DNA of 64,000 nucleotides from Candidatus Oxydemutatoraceae bacterium (GCA_965219575.1 OZ244779.1:1228769-1292768); one strand, 5' to 3'. Numbered from the stretch's first letter, positions 18,601 to 27,300 are shown. Program-made: numbers and translations. The notes: generated by a model from the letters alone, not told the origin.

Positions 18601-20964
18601 GGTGCGACTCGAAAAAGCTATACGCCTCCCGAAAATGCCCGCAACGCACGATACAGAGTCTCTATAAGCTACACCGACGGACAAGGTTACCGAACGAACA
18701 CTCACTACGATGCACCGAGATTTACGACGATTGCCGACTTCGTCGATAAAGATAACGACGGTTTGATAGAGATCGAGACACTCGAGATGTTCGATGCGAT
18801 TCGTTATCAATTGGACGGTAGCGGTTATCGTGCAAACGCTATGGCGGGTAAGATTACTACGGGTTGCCCTTTGGTCAACGGTGTGGAGAAATGCCGAGGC
18901 TACGAATTAGTCCGAGACTTGGATTTTCTGGACGATGCCGGCTACGGTTCGACCGCCAATAAAGTGGTTTGGACGAGCGGCGCAGGTTGGCAACCGATCG
19001 GTAGTGTTGCCGACAATAACAATGGATGTAGTGACTCGGCTAGCGGCTGTTTTGCCGCTATTTTGGAAGGCAACGGATATCGCATTTCCAATTTGTGGAT
19101 CGATAGAGAGCGTAGCGATAATGTAGGCATGTTTGCCGGAAATACCGGCACCATTCGTAATCTCGGGTTATCGATGATAGAAGTAACAGGCAATTCGAGG
19201 GTCGGTGGTTTGGTCGGTCGCAACGAAGGTGAACTAATGAGTATTCATATAGTCGAAGGCAAGGTTGCCGGGCAAAACAACATTATCGGTCTGTTAACCG
19301 GCATCGGCGTGTCGGGGTCGTCGATTACCGATAGTTATGTAAACGGCACCGTTGTAGGTTCTCGTTTTGTCGGTGGCCTCTGTGGCATAAATTACGGTGG
19401 CATTATCGGTGGCTATGCGGTTGCCGATGTTTCGGCACGGCGCGATGCAGGCGGTTTGGTCGGCGAGAATCAAGGAACTATCGGCAACAGCTATGCGGCG
19501 GGTTCGGTCGGCATCGGTGAGAAAAAACGAGCTGTCGGAGGTTTAGTCGGCACATTATGGTGGGGCGGTCGTGTCGTTGACAGCTACTCGACTGCCGAGG
19601 TAAGAACGACCTTTGTTGCGACAGCCGCCGACGATGCACAATATGTAGGTGGTTTAATCGGCAACCGGGCGTCACCCGGCCTGCAAGTCAATAATAGTTA
19701 TTGGGATACCAATGCGAGTGGGCGGACGGACTCTCCCGGAGGCGGTGTCGGCAAGACCCGGGCTGAATTGCAAATGCCGACGGTAGCCGGGACAAGGGTC
19801 GATGCTATTTATTACAACTGGGATAACTACAGATGGGATTTCGGCACTTCGGAGGAGTATCCGGTTCTCAAATATCACGATAACTCGTGTGGCACTTCGA
19901 CACCGTCACCGGATTGCGGTAAATTATTGCTGCATCAACGCGTTGGCTTGAGGGCTTTAGCGTTGGAGCAGAATGTGGAAGGAGAGCGGTTGTATCTTGC
20001 TCCCGATTTTGACTCTGCGATTACGACTTATACGGTGTCGGTGCACGCCGATGCGAGCGAGTTGAGAATCACCCCGACAGCGGCTAATCCCGATGCCGAT
20101 ATCGTAGCCGACGGCAAGGTTTTATCGGGAGACCACAGCGGCTATACCATTGCGATAGACACTTCCAAGCCTATGTCCACGGTCATCAAAGTTGCGGCGA
20201 GCAATTCGATGGGAACGGAGCATCCCATCGCCTACAAATTGACGGTGGGCAATCGTTTACCTACGATAGATATTAACGCGCCTGCTTCGATAAGCGAAGG
20301 CGGAACCCTTGTATTAAATACTTCTATAACCGATGCCGACGGAGACGAGTTGCGTTACAGTCTGAGTGCGATTACCGACTTATTGCCGAATTCAAAGGAG
20401 ATGACCGGCACTGCGGTAGGTGGTGCCGATCTAGTGTACGAGCTTGATATACCGAGTGATTTGCTCGGTGACAGGCAAAGCAGCGATGATATAGACATCG
20501 TGTTGACGGTTGAGGATGGCATGAGCGTTATCAATGAAACGGTGTCGATAACGATAATCAAAAAGGACAACGGTATGGTATCGGTTGCTACGCCGACGCT
20601 GGATGGTTTCACATACACCGTCGGAGATATAGATTTATCGTCGGATGGCGACGGAATAAATCCTGTTCCCGAGATAGCCTACCAATGGCAAAAGGAACTG
20701 TTGGGTGGCTGGTCGGATATCGACGGTGCCACCGATCGGAGTCATACCGCGGAGGGTATTATAGGTGACCGCTACCGCGTATTGGTCGACTATATCGATA
20801 AGCAGGGCTATAGATATCGGCGCGTTGCATCGCCGTCGGTATCGGCACCGCAGCAATTTATATATAATGCCGTGAGATCTAGGAGTGCGGTAAGAGCTTT
20901 GACGGATCGGGCACCGGGTATTTTCATACACATCAGAGTATTCCCCGAAGGACTGTTACTTTAA
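3646..20964 (+). CDS. Giant secreted repetitive surface protein 1 (5772 aa): GLUG-type beta-helix modules with cadherin-like beta-sandwich and Ig/PKD-like domains; putative adhesin
   Basis: Uninterrupted 17.3-kb ORF. Signal peptide MKLLFISTFIVVTGLLQPVSA|QD. Ten modules begin near 3739, 6100, 7381, 8848, 10267, 11593, 13057, 14488, 16486 and 18745, with the pattern DxDxDGL(I/V)(E/D)I..L.AIR...YEL..DLDF...W.PIG...F.GNG.TI.NL, VGGLVG.N..I.NSYA rungs, SYW, WDFG...YP.LKY, then an L.P.F....Y beta-sandwich. Adhesin function is inferred. Confidence 0.9.
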   Translation: MKLLFISTFIVVTGLLQPVSAQDTFECNYTTDIDQDKDGLIELCDLDALDAVRYQLDGSGYRESFDAVKITAGCPPSGCNGYELRRDLDFNIEDSYRDLANKAAWTSGSGWLPIGDRLNFFAARFEGNGHTIANLYIDRPSDYVGLFRATSTPAKISDLILSQINIKGNSYVGGLAGHNAGSVAYVGVEGGRLIATGNTVGGLFGANAGTILNGDVMLERLESRGHSLGGLVGHNEGHVTYSVADTGLFGVSQVGGLVGLNARGVLTDSRSDGTANGSDYIGGLVGLNHARISASYAIGKVISEGSYSGGLVGANDRGGRIADSRASGTVSGNLYAGGLVGWNRDSEITNSFALNRVDGNSDVGGLVGWNEGGRISNTYSSGSVNGMHRVGGLVGSNKGIVSDSFANGRVVASGVNTGGLIGWNYAHQTRDATTVRVIHSYWNSNTVGISLSAGGSPRTTEQLQSPTAPGLLGETFERWDVADWDFGTDEQYPILKHSEGSNTGHLLSGQYIMLSGLLVLDGLTLSPAFDPQTFDYRVHLSDDNLRQIRFSPTIANSTQTISVLKDEKTGLPSVNNGETVTVDLNGVPEPTLVTIARHYRIRVVHQSALQVKIGSNRSDYRVSEGQDIVFDVSTSEPDLRRVRYRWSQVSPLQPDLLTDSDTGLAELNIDIPDDFVARDNDESPVVLRVEVRVDETTVVRNTTMTVVKTNNGGISTLAAPTYREGTLTVADISEADLSMEPDGGVDPSSLSYRWQYKLPSASASWHDIEDATQIHYQIPFVLSAIDNVGYRVWLDYDDNQGYYHRIVSEPRSAMRVVADDGFSDIYYLEDLNAIRNQPNGKYELVRDLDFNSDASYRDPINKAKWTVADYENDADAGWLPIGTIANRFTGTFEGHGHAIFNLQINRDTADYQGLFGVSGSAATVRNVGLPNVKIEGNRYIGGVVGSSGGTIVGSYILGKVSANSFLGGLVGENDGRIINSYAGVVASALNRQLGDLVGINRGSITNSYATGNVEGVSAGSLVGQNFSAGSITNSYAIGRVQGSGGGLAATNEGVIRASYWNTETGGLQGRNGSGRTTQQMQLPTAAIGIYESWDNADWDFGNSAQYPILKYAPGPDGDACGVSGLPQCGALISPRLRYGLRSLATAGGVALAPEFDIEVQNRSGIYIGSLRSTDNTIRLIPTTIEPTADIRFYIGDDNTVYDHIRSGETSKAISLKTNFTTRIHIEVQGMLTVGYTLYIDHRNTAEFTAINYLEDLRAIHRQPGGSYKLARNLDFEDSKSYLDPLNRILWTVDDYNDAGDTGWVPIGNESKPFAGRFDGNGYTISGLQINRDDADNQSLFGVAASSAVISNIGLLNVKIEGGTQAAGLVGTNRGRVVHSHVGGSVRSKNMAGVIGGLVANNDGGDIIGSYALGRVSGISSVGGLVGDNNGRVINSRTDSIVTPDSGGSRFGGLVGRNRSLIANSYASGKILTKSSIKGGLVGWNDSQARIVNGYAAVDIVGAVAGGLVGYNRGAIKNSYAIGELRSTGNAIGSLIGANDGGTSVASYWNSDTIVAGSRNGIGQTTTQLKSPTAPGLPGETFESWDVADWDFGTFEQYPTLKYAPGSDGTACGLSGLPQCGDLISPGLRYGLHSLSTAGNARFFTPIDIEKLNQNNVYSITILNDRPSVRLTPVAIESTARISIIGSVRETLDSHDTSLPISLKNDEVKKVIIEVEGTRTVRYTLYLSYANYKLIDEDGDSLVDIDYLEDLDAIRYQLDGSGYRASIGSAKITSGCPRQGCRGYELSRDLDFNDAGSYRNAEENMGRWTGAGTWFPIGGTFTATFKGNNKTIANLSMGVNGGLFSAIGSDSRVARIDGIGLTGVDIKGNAVAGIAASCKRCTISNSYVIGDIQGTAAAAGLVNTIGATSGGRARISNSYFVGNIAVDGRSSVAGGLVGDVDSDLTITDSYVVGEISGEHNGGFIGGLVGVRSSSVIEIGNSYASVSATKAGVPQGLFGGNRDPNDQLAPTAKAIYLDKDISRIDVTLGESERTVVLQSPTSATGIYKNWDSDSWDFGTAEQYPAIKYNLDAASTDGDAYCDAVNIQKRPDACRTVLRHQGSLLQDLKLSEGAGLSGPFRFTSFDYGISVNADRSTIRMLPTAFNGVATIEVVKDGNIIGETDSGEWTAPIPLNDSGDTVVGLVVKDGKRHSYRYRFVVNRLDIVTQSVDGDGDGLIDISDATHLNAIRHRIDGSAYRESETAEVIYCSGSCTGYELTADIDLAGIEWQPIGSPNEPFSGVFKGNGYTISNLTIKANNTDNIGLFAAIGVGGRVENLGLVNVDIAGQGRRIGSIAAFNSGTIINSYADGKLVDSGGSINVVGGLVGRNERGEIVNSYAHVNIEAATGFAGGLVGEIQGGSVVNGYAGGDVRVDSGIAGGLVGTNGSRSSTVNDSYAVGDVQVGSGRAGGLVAASSGRQTLNNSYYRKGAVISGTDSLVGTDKTVAALKAGVPSDDVYTGWNTTDWHFGNAEQYPVLLYVAGDDNDHRACATSPTDTELPTCGTLLPGQRVGLAQMELSKNARLLPAFNPEIYDYNLVVHSGTTFRTIPIAYYDTDTITVDAAGLRSSTTGGQSLLFKLNDDLNGIVITVRSASHNVPTRYTIKVLHSIAVVDGLISIDYLEDLNLMRNPIERVSDILEDCPIDTEDNARRCRGYELSRDLDFEDPMSYRSGRVNPMWTTGVGWQPIGDSNNPFEYSFNGNSHTISNLRINDVAVDNIGLFGVSADAARIENIGLVAVDIDINGQSGIGALVGENRGTVVNSHVVGGDVRGNSSVGGLTGRNSGVIVNSYTNVAVAGTNFVGGLAGSSQSGSRIHNSYASGTVTGNDFVGGLVGLLQAGISNSYANVAVIGNKFVGGLVGGASNSVINSYAIGKISGDGEGLIGVVLIDFSAIQSYWDVATSTVGDDNNDLNGIGKTTSDLRTAAIGEGIYSGWGSDDWYSETGRYPLLRYTGATDIIARPACRVAENVDSELPVCGTLLPNQRIGLRNLARSNRVGQVLLLRPGFDSGIYDYELILKSDAREFSIIPYTFNPNAVIVVDDDSETNPQQELRSGKTLSLIIDNLNNSSLTLTVEDPLVSGATQTTIYRFEVSKHPFITTGDIDDDDDGLIEIRSVDDLNAIRYQPDGSGYKASRNDTKITVGCPETGCIGYELVQDLDVDDAMRFADWQPIGYIAPSGDADECNHPSNRCFSGIFDGNNHTISNLRIDKSDTDNVGLFAALADGAQVKNVNLANVSVEGRFGVGSLVAYNAGEIDNSYADGTITGERDVGGLVAYNVGRISDSYAYGAVSGGSSVGGLVARNESAGAIANSYSLSRVSGNTGIGGLVGLNLGSITNTHASGVVEGSMRIGGLVGANGGSVADSYATADILCTGVPMCTSYTVATGGLIGSDVGGVVANSYWDTGVSKLRVSAGGVGKTTLQLQSGSGQSSDASGAYYRWRDSDWYFGTVDQYPILKYADSTESTLVGLQSYGLTSLAIAEIVTLSPNFDTTKLYYRVGVELDTDIRKLHLTPNALDEDATIRIFSDNGFDETVASGTDSSAIVLRSTGTTVINIEVSGARRVLYRFEADYFSSGFEDDVDTDKDGLIDILSLEDLDAIRNALDGRRLRYQNADGVSIESAKGCPISGCKGYELMRDLDFDNPTHYRTGRVNTAWTGGAGWQPIGTSLYPFTATFKGNGYTISNLRVNRPDRDGGLFGVIDGSESDVVIEGLGLIDVDIVGGTHVGGLVGTNRAGDIRRSYVTGYVVARGDGTSAIVGGLVGRNVAGSITESYSQTQVKGNLSAGLSVASAGGLVALNDSRGRIENSYAVGSVIGRNTVGGLVALNRDSSEIIDSYAISRTIGIGAISKVGGLVAVNDAVVDDSYWDIEVSGIASSAGGTSATTAVLRSSTPISPINSIYKDWDTDVWEFADTNRYPELKAIADVPLLAPEGKSLLQSLTLSDNVRLFPSFHPLVFDYDLIAEADRMTEVRLDTTSTRIGTTIDITCRNGLICSPGIPTSFVLDGSDTAKITITTHNSDAGELSYSFSVRYHELKIERMTATTTTIVPLSLSVAEGERVRLMASYHFSLDENLYRYRWRQSSGDVLKFDDKQSPVDMQNAMLDFMIPDDVVSKQDDSRVVQLTAEVNVNDDIYLSKMLSLIISKRNNDTADRIRLLEDSDQPDTYAVRFERDDGSEFVDRDGGFAETRIHWQRRRSDAEDWVDVGNGSPYTIPDEGAYQYRALATYKDNQGYREQFESGVINYLDLDDDGDGLIEIRYLEELDAIRHQPDGSGYKATASADKITAGCPLVNGIEQCRGYELMNDLDFNDDQSYRTLDPSRLKNSWTVSDFSAASDAGWQPIGRFNAVFDGNGYTISNIQINRSVGNTSNIGLFSDMGSGGKVKNLGLIDPAIKGLVGIKNVGGIAGRIERGGVIINSYVVGDVGAGNTDKIITGDVGSGSNRGFIGGLVGWNKGFVLNSYAKINVTAEDSGTQGNKRVGVGGLVGRNIDGGKVYNSYATGEVKGPCIVGGLVGNQYSTNSNQLLTRSEIKNSYATGNVETGFGTCSNSNNKVAAALVGVNTNSRVENSYTLGKVSGSGTLSNLIAGGSAPINSYWDSGTTNVGGDVSDRTTAKMISTLRPGTAETDIYYRWSTDDWDFGTTKQYPALKYGVGLDKDDPGCDTDPETALPSCDSLLHGQIADTLLLDRLSVSANSRAVRLTPNFMPSRFNYEAVIDAETAPVLIKIATGAGEDTAITIRKDGGSPLTKQSDGTVQISTNDSFNLGIKTASGDERAANYRIQVHLSYLPQPRILEVTNGSNPAELVKGNILSLNEGDVVRLDASKSFGPNNSRLDYRWSQVSGKPLLPEVQTTSTVEFTVPADFVAADENDSTVILQLELSENNNPTSAVSREIRLSVRKINNGNAESNAKWISSDTLSAGDLSNDIDGGPLSDIDYQWSSEQNGRFVAILGATRKSYTPPENARNARYRVSISYTDGQGYRTNTHYDAPRFTTIADFVDKDNDGLIEIETLEMFDAIRYQLDGSGYRANAMAGKITTGCPLVNGVEKCRGYELVRDLDFLDDAGYGSTANKVVWTSGAGWQPIGSVADNNNGCSDSASGCFAAILEGNGYRISNLWIDRERSDNVGMFAGNTGTIRNLGLSMIEVTGNSRVGGLVGRNEGELMSIHIVEGKVAGQNNIIGLLTGIGVSGSSITDSYVNGTVVGSRFVGGLCGINYGGIIGGYAVADVSARRDAGGLVGENQGTIGNSYAAGSVGIGEKKRAVGGLVGTLWWGGRVVDSYSTAEVRTTFVATAADDAQYVGGLIGNRASPGLQVNNSYWDTNASGRTDSPGGGVGKTRAELQMPTVAGTRVDAIYYNWDNYRWDFGTSEEYPVLKYHDNSCGTSTPSPDCGKLLLHQRVGLRALALEQNVEGERLYLAPDFDSAITTYTVSVHADASELRITPTAANPDADIVADGKVLSGDHSGYTIAIDTSKPMSTVIKVAASNSMGTEHPIAYKLTVGNRLPTIDINAPASISEGGTLVLNTSITDADGDELRYSLSAITDLLPNSKEMTGTAVGGADLVYELDIPSDLLGDRQSSDDIDIVLTVEDGMSVINETVSITIIKKDNGMVSVATPTLDGFTYTVGDIDLSSDGDGINPVPEIAYQWQKELLGGWSDIDGATDRSHTAEGIIGDRYRVLVDYIDKQGYRYRRVASPSVSAPQQFIYNAVRSRSAVRALTDRAPGIFIHIRVFPEGLLL

Positions 20965-21140
20965 TCTCATTCCTCGGCGATGACTATTGAAAAAGTGCCG
21001 TTGTGCACAAAGTCACGCCGATTGCTTTTGCTGTTCGTGTTATTTCTAATAGCCATAGACAGCTGAGTCTTGTATAACATGGTATTCCTTATGCTACTGT
21101 AAAAAGGAACGGTTATTTGCAGTAAACGGCAACCCTAATG

Positions 21141-21205
21141 TATAGAATTTACAAAAGATTACTATAGAATCTATAAAAGATTATTGTACATTTATATGGT
21201 AGAAT
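21141..21205 (+). promoter_or_regulatory. Putative promoter of giant gene 2: 22-bp direct repeat followed by an extended -10 box
   Basis: TATAGAATTTACAAAAGATTAC (21141-21162) and TATAGAATCTATAAAAGATTAT (21163-21184), then TGgTAGAAT at 21197-21205. Homologous to 3461-3526. Confidence 0.5.
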
Positions 21206-21236
21206 CCGCCCTTGAACAAAAATCAAGGAGAACCTA

Positions 21237-21290
21237 ATGAAAAAGGAGGCACTAAATTGGGGAACAAAATACTTTATAAGTAGCTTCTAA
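21237..21290 (+). other. Candidate leader uORF MKKEALNWGTKYFISSF upstream of giant gene 2
   Basis: AAGGAG Shine-Dalgarno 6 nt before the ATG at 21237; stop at 21290; KYFISSF* shared with the gene 1 leader. Confidence 0.4.
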
Positions 21291-21332
21291 GTCCGCTACT
21301 AGCTCCCCCATTAGTTATCGGACTCAAGTAAA

Positions 21333-24300
21333 GTGAAGCCACTTCCTTTATCTACTATTGTTGTAGTTATAGGGTTCTTGCAGTCCGTATCGGCTCAAGA
21401 TGTGTTTGAGTGCGATTACACAACCGATATAGATCAAGACAAAGACGGCTTGATAGAGCTATGCGATTTGGATGCACTCGATGCGGTTCGCTATCAGCTC
21501 GACGGCAGCGGTTATAGAGAAAGTTTCGATGCGGTCAAGATAACCGCCGGGTGTCCCCCGAGCGGTTGCAACGGCTACGAGTTGCGTAAAGATTTGGATT
21601 TCAATGCCGATGATAGCTATCGCGATCTCGCCAACAAAGCAGCATGGACGAGCGGTCTAGGTTGGTTGCCGATAGGCACTCGGCTCAACTTCTTTACTGC
21701 GAGGTTCGAAGGCAACGGTCATACGATAGCCAATCTTTATATCGATAGACCGTCGGATTATGTCGGTTTATTCAGGGCGACTTCGACGCCGGCTAAAATA
21801 AGCGACCTGATATTGTCGCAAATAAACATCAAAGGAAACTCGTATGTCGGTGGTTTAGCGGGTCATAACGCCGGTAGCGTCGCTTATGTCGGTGTCGAAG
21901 GCGGTCGCCTAATCGCTACGGGCAACACCGTAGGCGGGTTGTTCGGTGCCAACGCCGGGACAATACTCAACGGCGATGTCATGCTCGAGCGTTTAGAGAG
22001 TCGCGGGCATAGTCTCGGCGGTCTGGTCGGTCATAACGAGGGGCATGTTACTTATAGTGTTGCCGATACCGGTTTATTCGGTGTCAGCCAAGTCGGAGGC
22101 TTGGTCGGTCTCAATGCTCGCGGTGTATTGACCGACAGTCGCTCCGACGGGACTGCGAATGGGAGCGATTATATCGGTGGTTTGGTCGGTCTCAATCATG
22201 CTCGGATTAGTGCGAGCTATGCGATCGGCAAAGTGATAAGCGAGGGTTCGTATAGCGGTGGCTTGGTCGGTGCCAACGACCGTGGCGGTAGAATTGCCGA
22301 TAGTCGGGCGAGCGGTACGGTTTCCGGCAATCTCTATGCGGGCGGTCTGGTCGGTTGGAATAGGGACAGTGAGATCACCAATAGTTTTGCGCTTAATCGT
22401 GTAGACGGCAATAGCGATGTAGGCGGTCTGGTTGGCTGGAACGAGGGCGGTCGAATAAGCAATACCTATTCAAGCGGTTCTGTCAACGGGATGCATAGAG
22501 TCGGTGGTTTGGTCGGCAGTAATAAAGGCATCGTTTCCGACAGTTTTGCAAACGGACGCGTTGTCGCAAGCGGTGTAAATACAGGTGGTTTGATCGGCTG
22601 GAATTATGCCCATCAGACCAGAGATGCCACCACGGTGCGTGTGATACACAGCTATTGGAATAGCAACACTGTCGGGATATCGCTCAGTGCCGGTGGAAGT
22701 CCTCGGACTACCGAACAGCTACAATCACCGACTGCGCCCGGTCTACTCGGTGAGACTTTCGAGAGATGGGATGTTGCCGATTGGGATTTCGGCACCGACG
22801 AACAATACCCGATACTCAAACACAGCGAAGGTTCTAATACGGGACACCTATTGTCGGGTCAATACATTATGCTGTCGGGTCTGCTGGTATTGGACGGGTT
22901 AACTTTATCTCCGGCGTTTGATCCGCAAACCTTCGACTATCGCGTACACCTAAGCGACGATAACTTAAGACAAATAAGGTTCAGTCCTACGATAGCGAAT
23001 AGCACGCAAACGATTAGTGTTCTCAAAGACGAGAAAACCGGTTTGCCGTCGGTGAACAACGGCGAGACGGTGACGGTCGATTTGAATGGTGTTCCCGAGC
23101 CGACCTTGGTGACGATAGCGAGGCACTATCGGATCCGAGTGGTGCATCAATCCGCCTTGCAAGTAAAGATCGGTAGCAATCGCTCGGATTACAGGGTGAG
23201 CGAAGGACAAGATATTGTATTCGATGTTTCAACCTCCGAGCCGGACTTGCGGCGAGTGCGCTATCGCTGGAGTCAGGTTTCACCGCTGCAACCCGATTTA
23301 TTAACGGACTCGGACACCGGCTTAGCCGAGTTGAACATCGATATACCCGACGATTTTGTAGCTCGAGATAACGACGAAAGCCCTGTTGTATTGCGAGTGG
23401 AAGTACGCGTCGATGAGACAACCGTAGTTCGCAATACGACGATGACGGTCGTCAAAACGAATAACGGCGGTATAAGCACCTTAGCTGCCCCGACCTATCG
23501 CGAAGGCACCCTGACGGTGGCGGATATAAGCGAAGCCGATTTATCTATGGAGCCCGACGGCGGTGTCGATCCGAGCAGCTTGAGCTACCGGTGGCAGTAC
23601 AAGCTACCGTCGGCTTCCGCATCATGGCACGATATTGAAGATGCGACGCAAATACACTATCAGATACCTTTTGTATTATCGGCAATCGATAATGTCGGCT
23701 ATCGTGTATGGCTGGATTATGATGATAATCAGGGTTACTATCACCGCATCGTATCCGAACCACGATCGGCTATGCGTGTTGTAGCAGATGACGGTTTTAG
23801 CGACATCTATTATCTGGAGGATTTGAATGCGATACGCAATCAACCGAACGGCAAATACAAATTAGTCCGAGATTTGGATTTCAATTCGGATGCGAGCTAC
23901 CGCGACCCGATCAATAAAGCGAAGTGGACGGTAGCCGATTACGGCAACGATGCGGACACCGGCTGGTTGCCCATAGGCACGATCGTAAATCGTTTCACGG
24001 GCACTTTCGACGGCAACGGTCATACGATATCCAATTTGCAAATTAATAGAGATACTGCCGACTATCAAGGTTTATTCGGTGCTGTGGGATCTGCGGCTAG
24101 CCTAAGAAATGTAGGCTTGTCTAATGCAAGGATAGAAGGGAAGCAAAATATCGGTGGGCTCGCCGGAGGCAACTTCGGCACGATTATCAATAGTTATGCA
24201 AATGATAGTGATATGTCGGCAACATCTATTGTCGGTGGGCTTGTAGGCTGGAACGGTATTCCTGCGCGTATCATCAATAGCTATGCCGGTGGTGATGTCG

Positions 24301-27300
24301 GAGGTATTAGCATCGGTGGTTTGGTCGGCTTTAACGAAGGGTCTATAACCAACAGCTATGCAATGACAAATGTTGAAGGAAGTTTGGCGGGTAGTTTGGT
24401 GGGTCCGATGCCTACCGGCTCAATCACCGATAGTTATGCTATCGGTCGGGTGCAAGGAAGCGGCGGTGGTTTAGCTGCAACCAATGGAGGAGTCATCAGC
24501 GCAAGCTATTGGAACACCGAGACCGGCGGTTTACAAGGTCGTCATGGCAGCGGTCGAACTACGCAACAAATGCAATTGCCTACTGCGGCGATCGGGATAT
24601 ACGAAACGTGGGACGATGCCGATTGGGATTTCGGCAACAGCGTGCAGTATCCGATCCTCAAATACGCACCGGGACCCGACGGCGATGCGTGCAGTGTGTC
24701 GGGATTGCCGCAGTGCGGTGCGTTGATATCGCCGCGCCTGCGCTACGGTTTGCGTAGCTTGGCAACGGCGGGCGGTGTTGCCTTAGCTCCCGAGTTCGAT
24801 ATCGAAGTACAAAACCGAAGCGGTATTTATATCGGTAGTCTGCGCAGTACCGATAACACGATACGGTTGATTCCGACGACGATAGAACCGACTGCGGATA
24901 TTCGTTTCTATATCGGCGACGATGAGACCGCGTACGACACTATCCGAAGCGGCGAGACGAGTAAGGCAATTTCTTTGAAAGCAGTCGGTACGACACGTAT
25001 TCGCATCGAGGTACGAGGAACGGTAACCGTCGGTTATACGCTGTACATCGATCATCGAAACGCTGCCGGGTTCACGTCGATCAATTATCTGGAAGACTTG
25101 CGTGCGATACATCGGCATCCGAAAGGTGCTTATAAGTTGGCTAGGGACTTGGATTTTGAAGATAGCGAAAGTTATCTGGATCCGCTGAACAGGATTTTTT
25201 GGACGGTAGACGACTACGAGGATGCCGGCGATACAGGTTGGGTGCCCGTAGGCAGCGAGTCGATACCTTTCGCCGGTCGCTTCGACGGCAACGGTTATAC
25301 GATATCGGGTTTGCAGATCAATAGAGACGATGCCGACAATCAAAGTTTATTCGGTGTTGCGGCATCTAGTGCCGTTATAAGCAACATCGGCTTGTTGAAC
25401 CTAAAAATAGAGGGTGGCACCAAAGTTGCCGGACTGGTCGGCACCAACCGAGGGCAAGTCGGCTACAGCTATGTCGGTGGCAGTATTGAATCGGAAAGTA
25501 TCGAGGGCATAGCCGGCGGTTTGGTCGCAAACAACGACGGCGGAGACATTATCGGCAGTTATGCGCTAAGTCAAGTTTCCGGGATTGCATCGCTCGGTGG
25601 TCTGGTCGGAGATAACAACGGCAGGATTATCAATAGTCATGCCGATAGTATCGTGATGCCGAGTTCGGCAGGCTCGCGTTTCGGTGGTTTGGTGGGCAGT
25701 AATCGGAGTCTAATTGTCAATAGTTATGCAAGCGGTAAGATTTTGCAAGGAAGGAGTAGTTCTATTAAAGGAGGTCTGGTCGGCTGGAATGACTCACAAG
25801 CACGGATCATTAACGGTTATGCGGCGGTCGGTATTGCCGGTGCTTTAGCAGGCGGACTGGTTGGATATAACCTGGGTGCTATAAAAAATAGTTATGCGAT
25901 CGGTGAACTGAGCGGTGGCAGCGACACAAGAGGTAGTCTGGTCGGCATCAACGATGGCGGCACATTTGTCGCAAGCTACTGGAATAGCGATACCATCGCA
26001 AGCGGAGGCAACAACGGTATCGGGCAGACTTCGGCACAGCTTCAATCGCAGACCCCGACGATGCCGGCGAATAGCATTTATAAAGACTGGGATACCGGCG
26101 ATTGGGATTTCGGGACACCGCAACAATACCCGATACTCAAATATACCACTGCAACCGAAAGTGTTTTTGAGTGTGGTTCATCGGGAATGCCGCAATGTGG
26201 CGATTTAATATCACCGGGTTTTCGCTACGGCTTGCGTAGCTTGACATCGACGAACGATGCGACATTGTCTCCACCGATCGATATTGAAAGGCTCAACCAA
26301 AGCGGTATTTATTTAGGCACGGTGATCGCAGAACATCCGAGTGTACGCTTGACCCCGGTTGCAATCGAATCAACTGCGCGTATTCGCATTATAGGAGATA
26401 GACGAGAAACCCTAGATAGCAACAATACGAGTTTCCCGACTTTGCTGAAAAATGACGAAGTAAAAAAAGTGATTATCGAAGTAGCAGGCACACGGACGGT
26501 CGGATATACGCTTTATTTGAGCTACTCCGGTCATAGGGTCATCGATGAAGACGGCGACGGTCTCGTCGATATCGATTATCTGGAGGATTTGGATGCGATC
26601 CGCCATCGGTTGGACGGTAGCGGCTATAGAGCGAATGTCGAGGCGGTCAAGATCACATCGGGCTGTCCTAGGCAAGGATGTCGCGGTTATGAATTGTCGA
26701 GAGACTTGGACTTTAACGATGCCGACAGCTATCGCAACGCCGAAGAGAATATGGGTCGCTGGACGGGTTCAGGTGCTTGGCAACCTATAGCAGGAACCTT
26801 CACCGGCACATTCAAGGGCAATAATAAAACGATTGCCAATTTAAGGGTGAGGTCCAGCGGTGGTTTGTTTACTGCGATAGGTAGCGATAGTCGTGTTGCC
26901 TATATAGACGGTATCGGATTATTGGCGGTGGATATCAAAGGGGATACGGTTGCCGGGATTACCGCATCGTGTAAGCGGTGTACGATAAGCAATAGTTATG
27001 TGATAGGAAATATAGAGGGAACCGCCGCTGCCGCCGGTTTGGTAAATACTATTAGTGCAACGAGTGGCGGGAATGCACGAATTAGCAACAGTTATTTCGT
27101 CGGTGATATTGCCGTCAACGGTGAATCGGCGGTTGCCGGCGGTTTGGTCGGCGATGTAGATTCCGCTTTGAGCATCACCGACAGCTATGCGTTCGGTGAT
27201 GTTATCGGAAAGCAGAATAGCGGATTTATAGGCGGCTTGGTCGGGGTGCGTTCATCGTCTGTTATTGAAATCGGCAACAGCTATGCGGGTATTTCGGCAA

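Noticed and set aside
20965-21140. Rho-independent terminators after the giant genes
   Set aside because: No GC-rich stem followed by a U-tract was found after genes 1, 2 or 3; only weak, imperfect inverted repeats.
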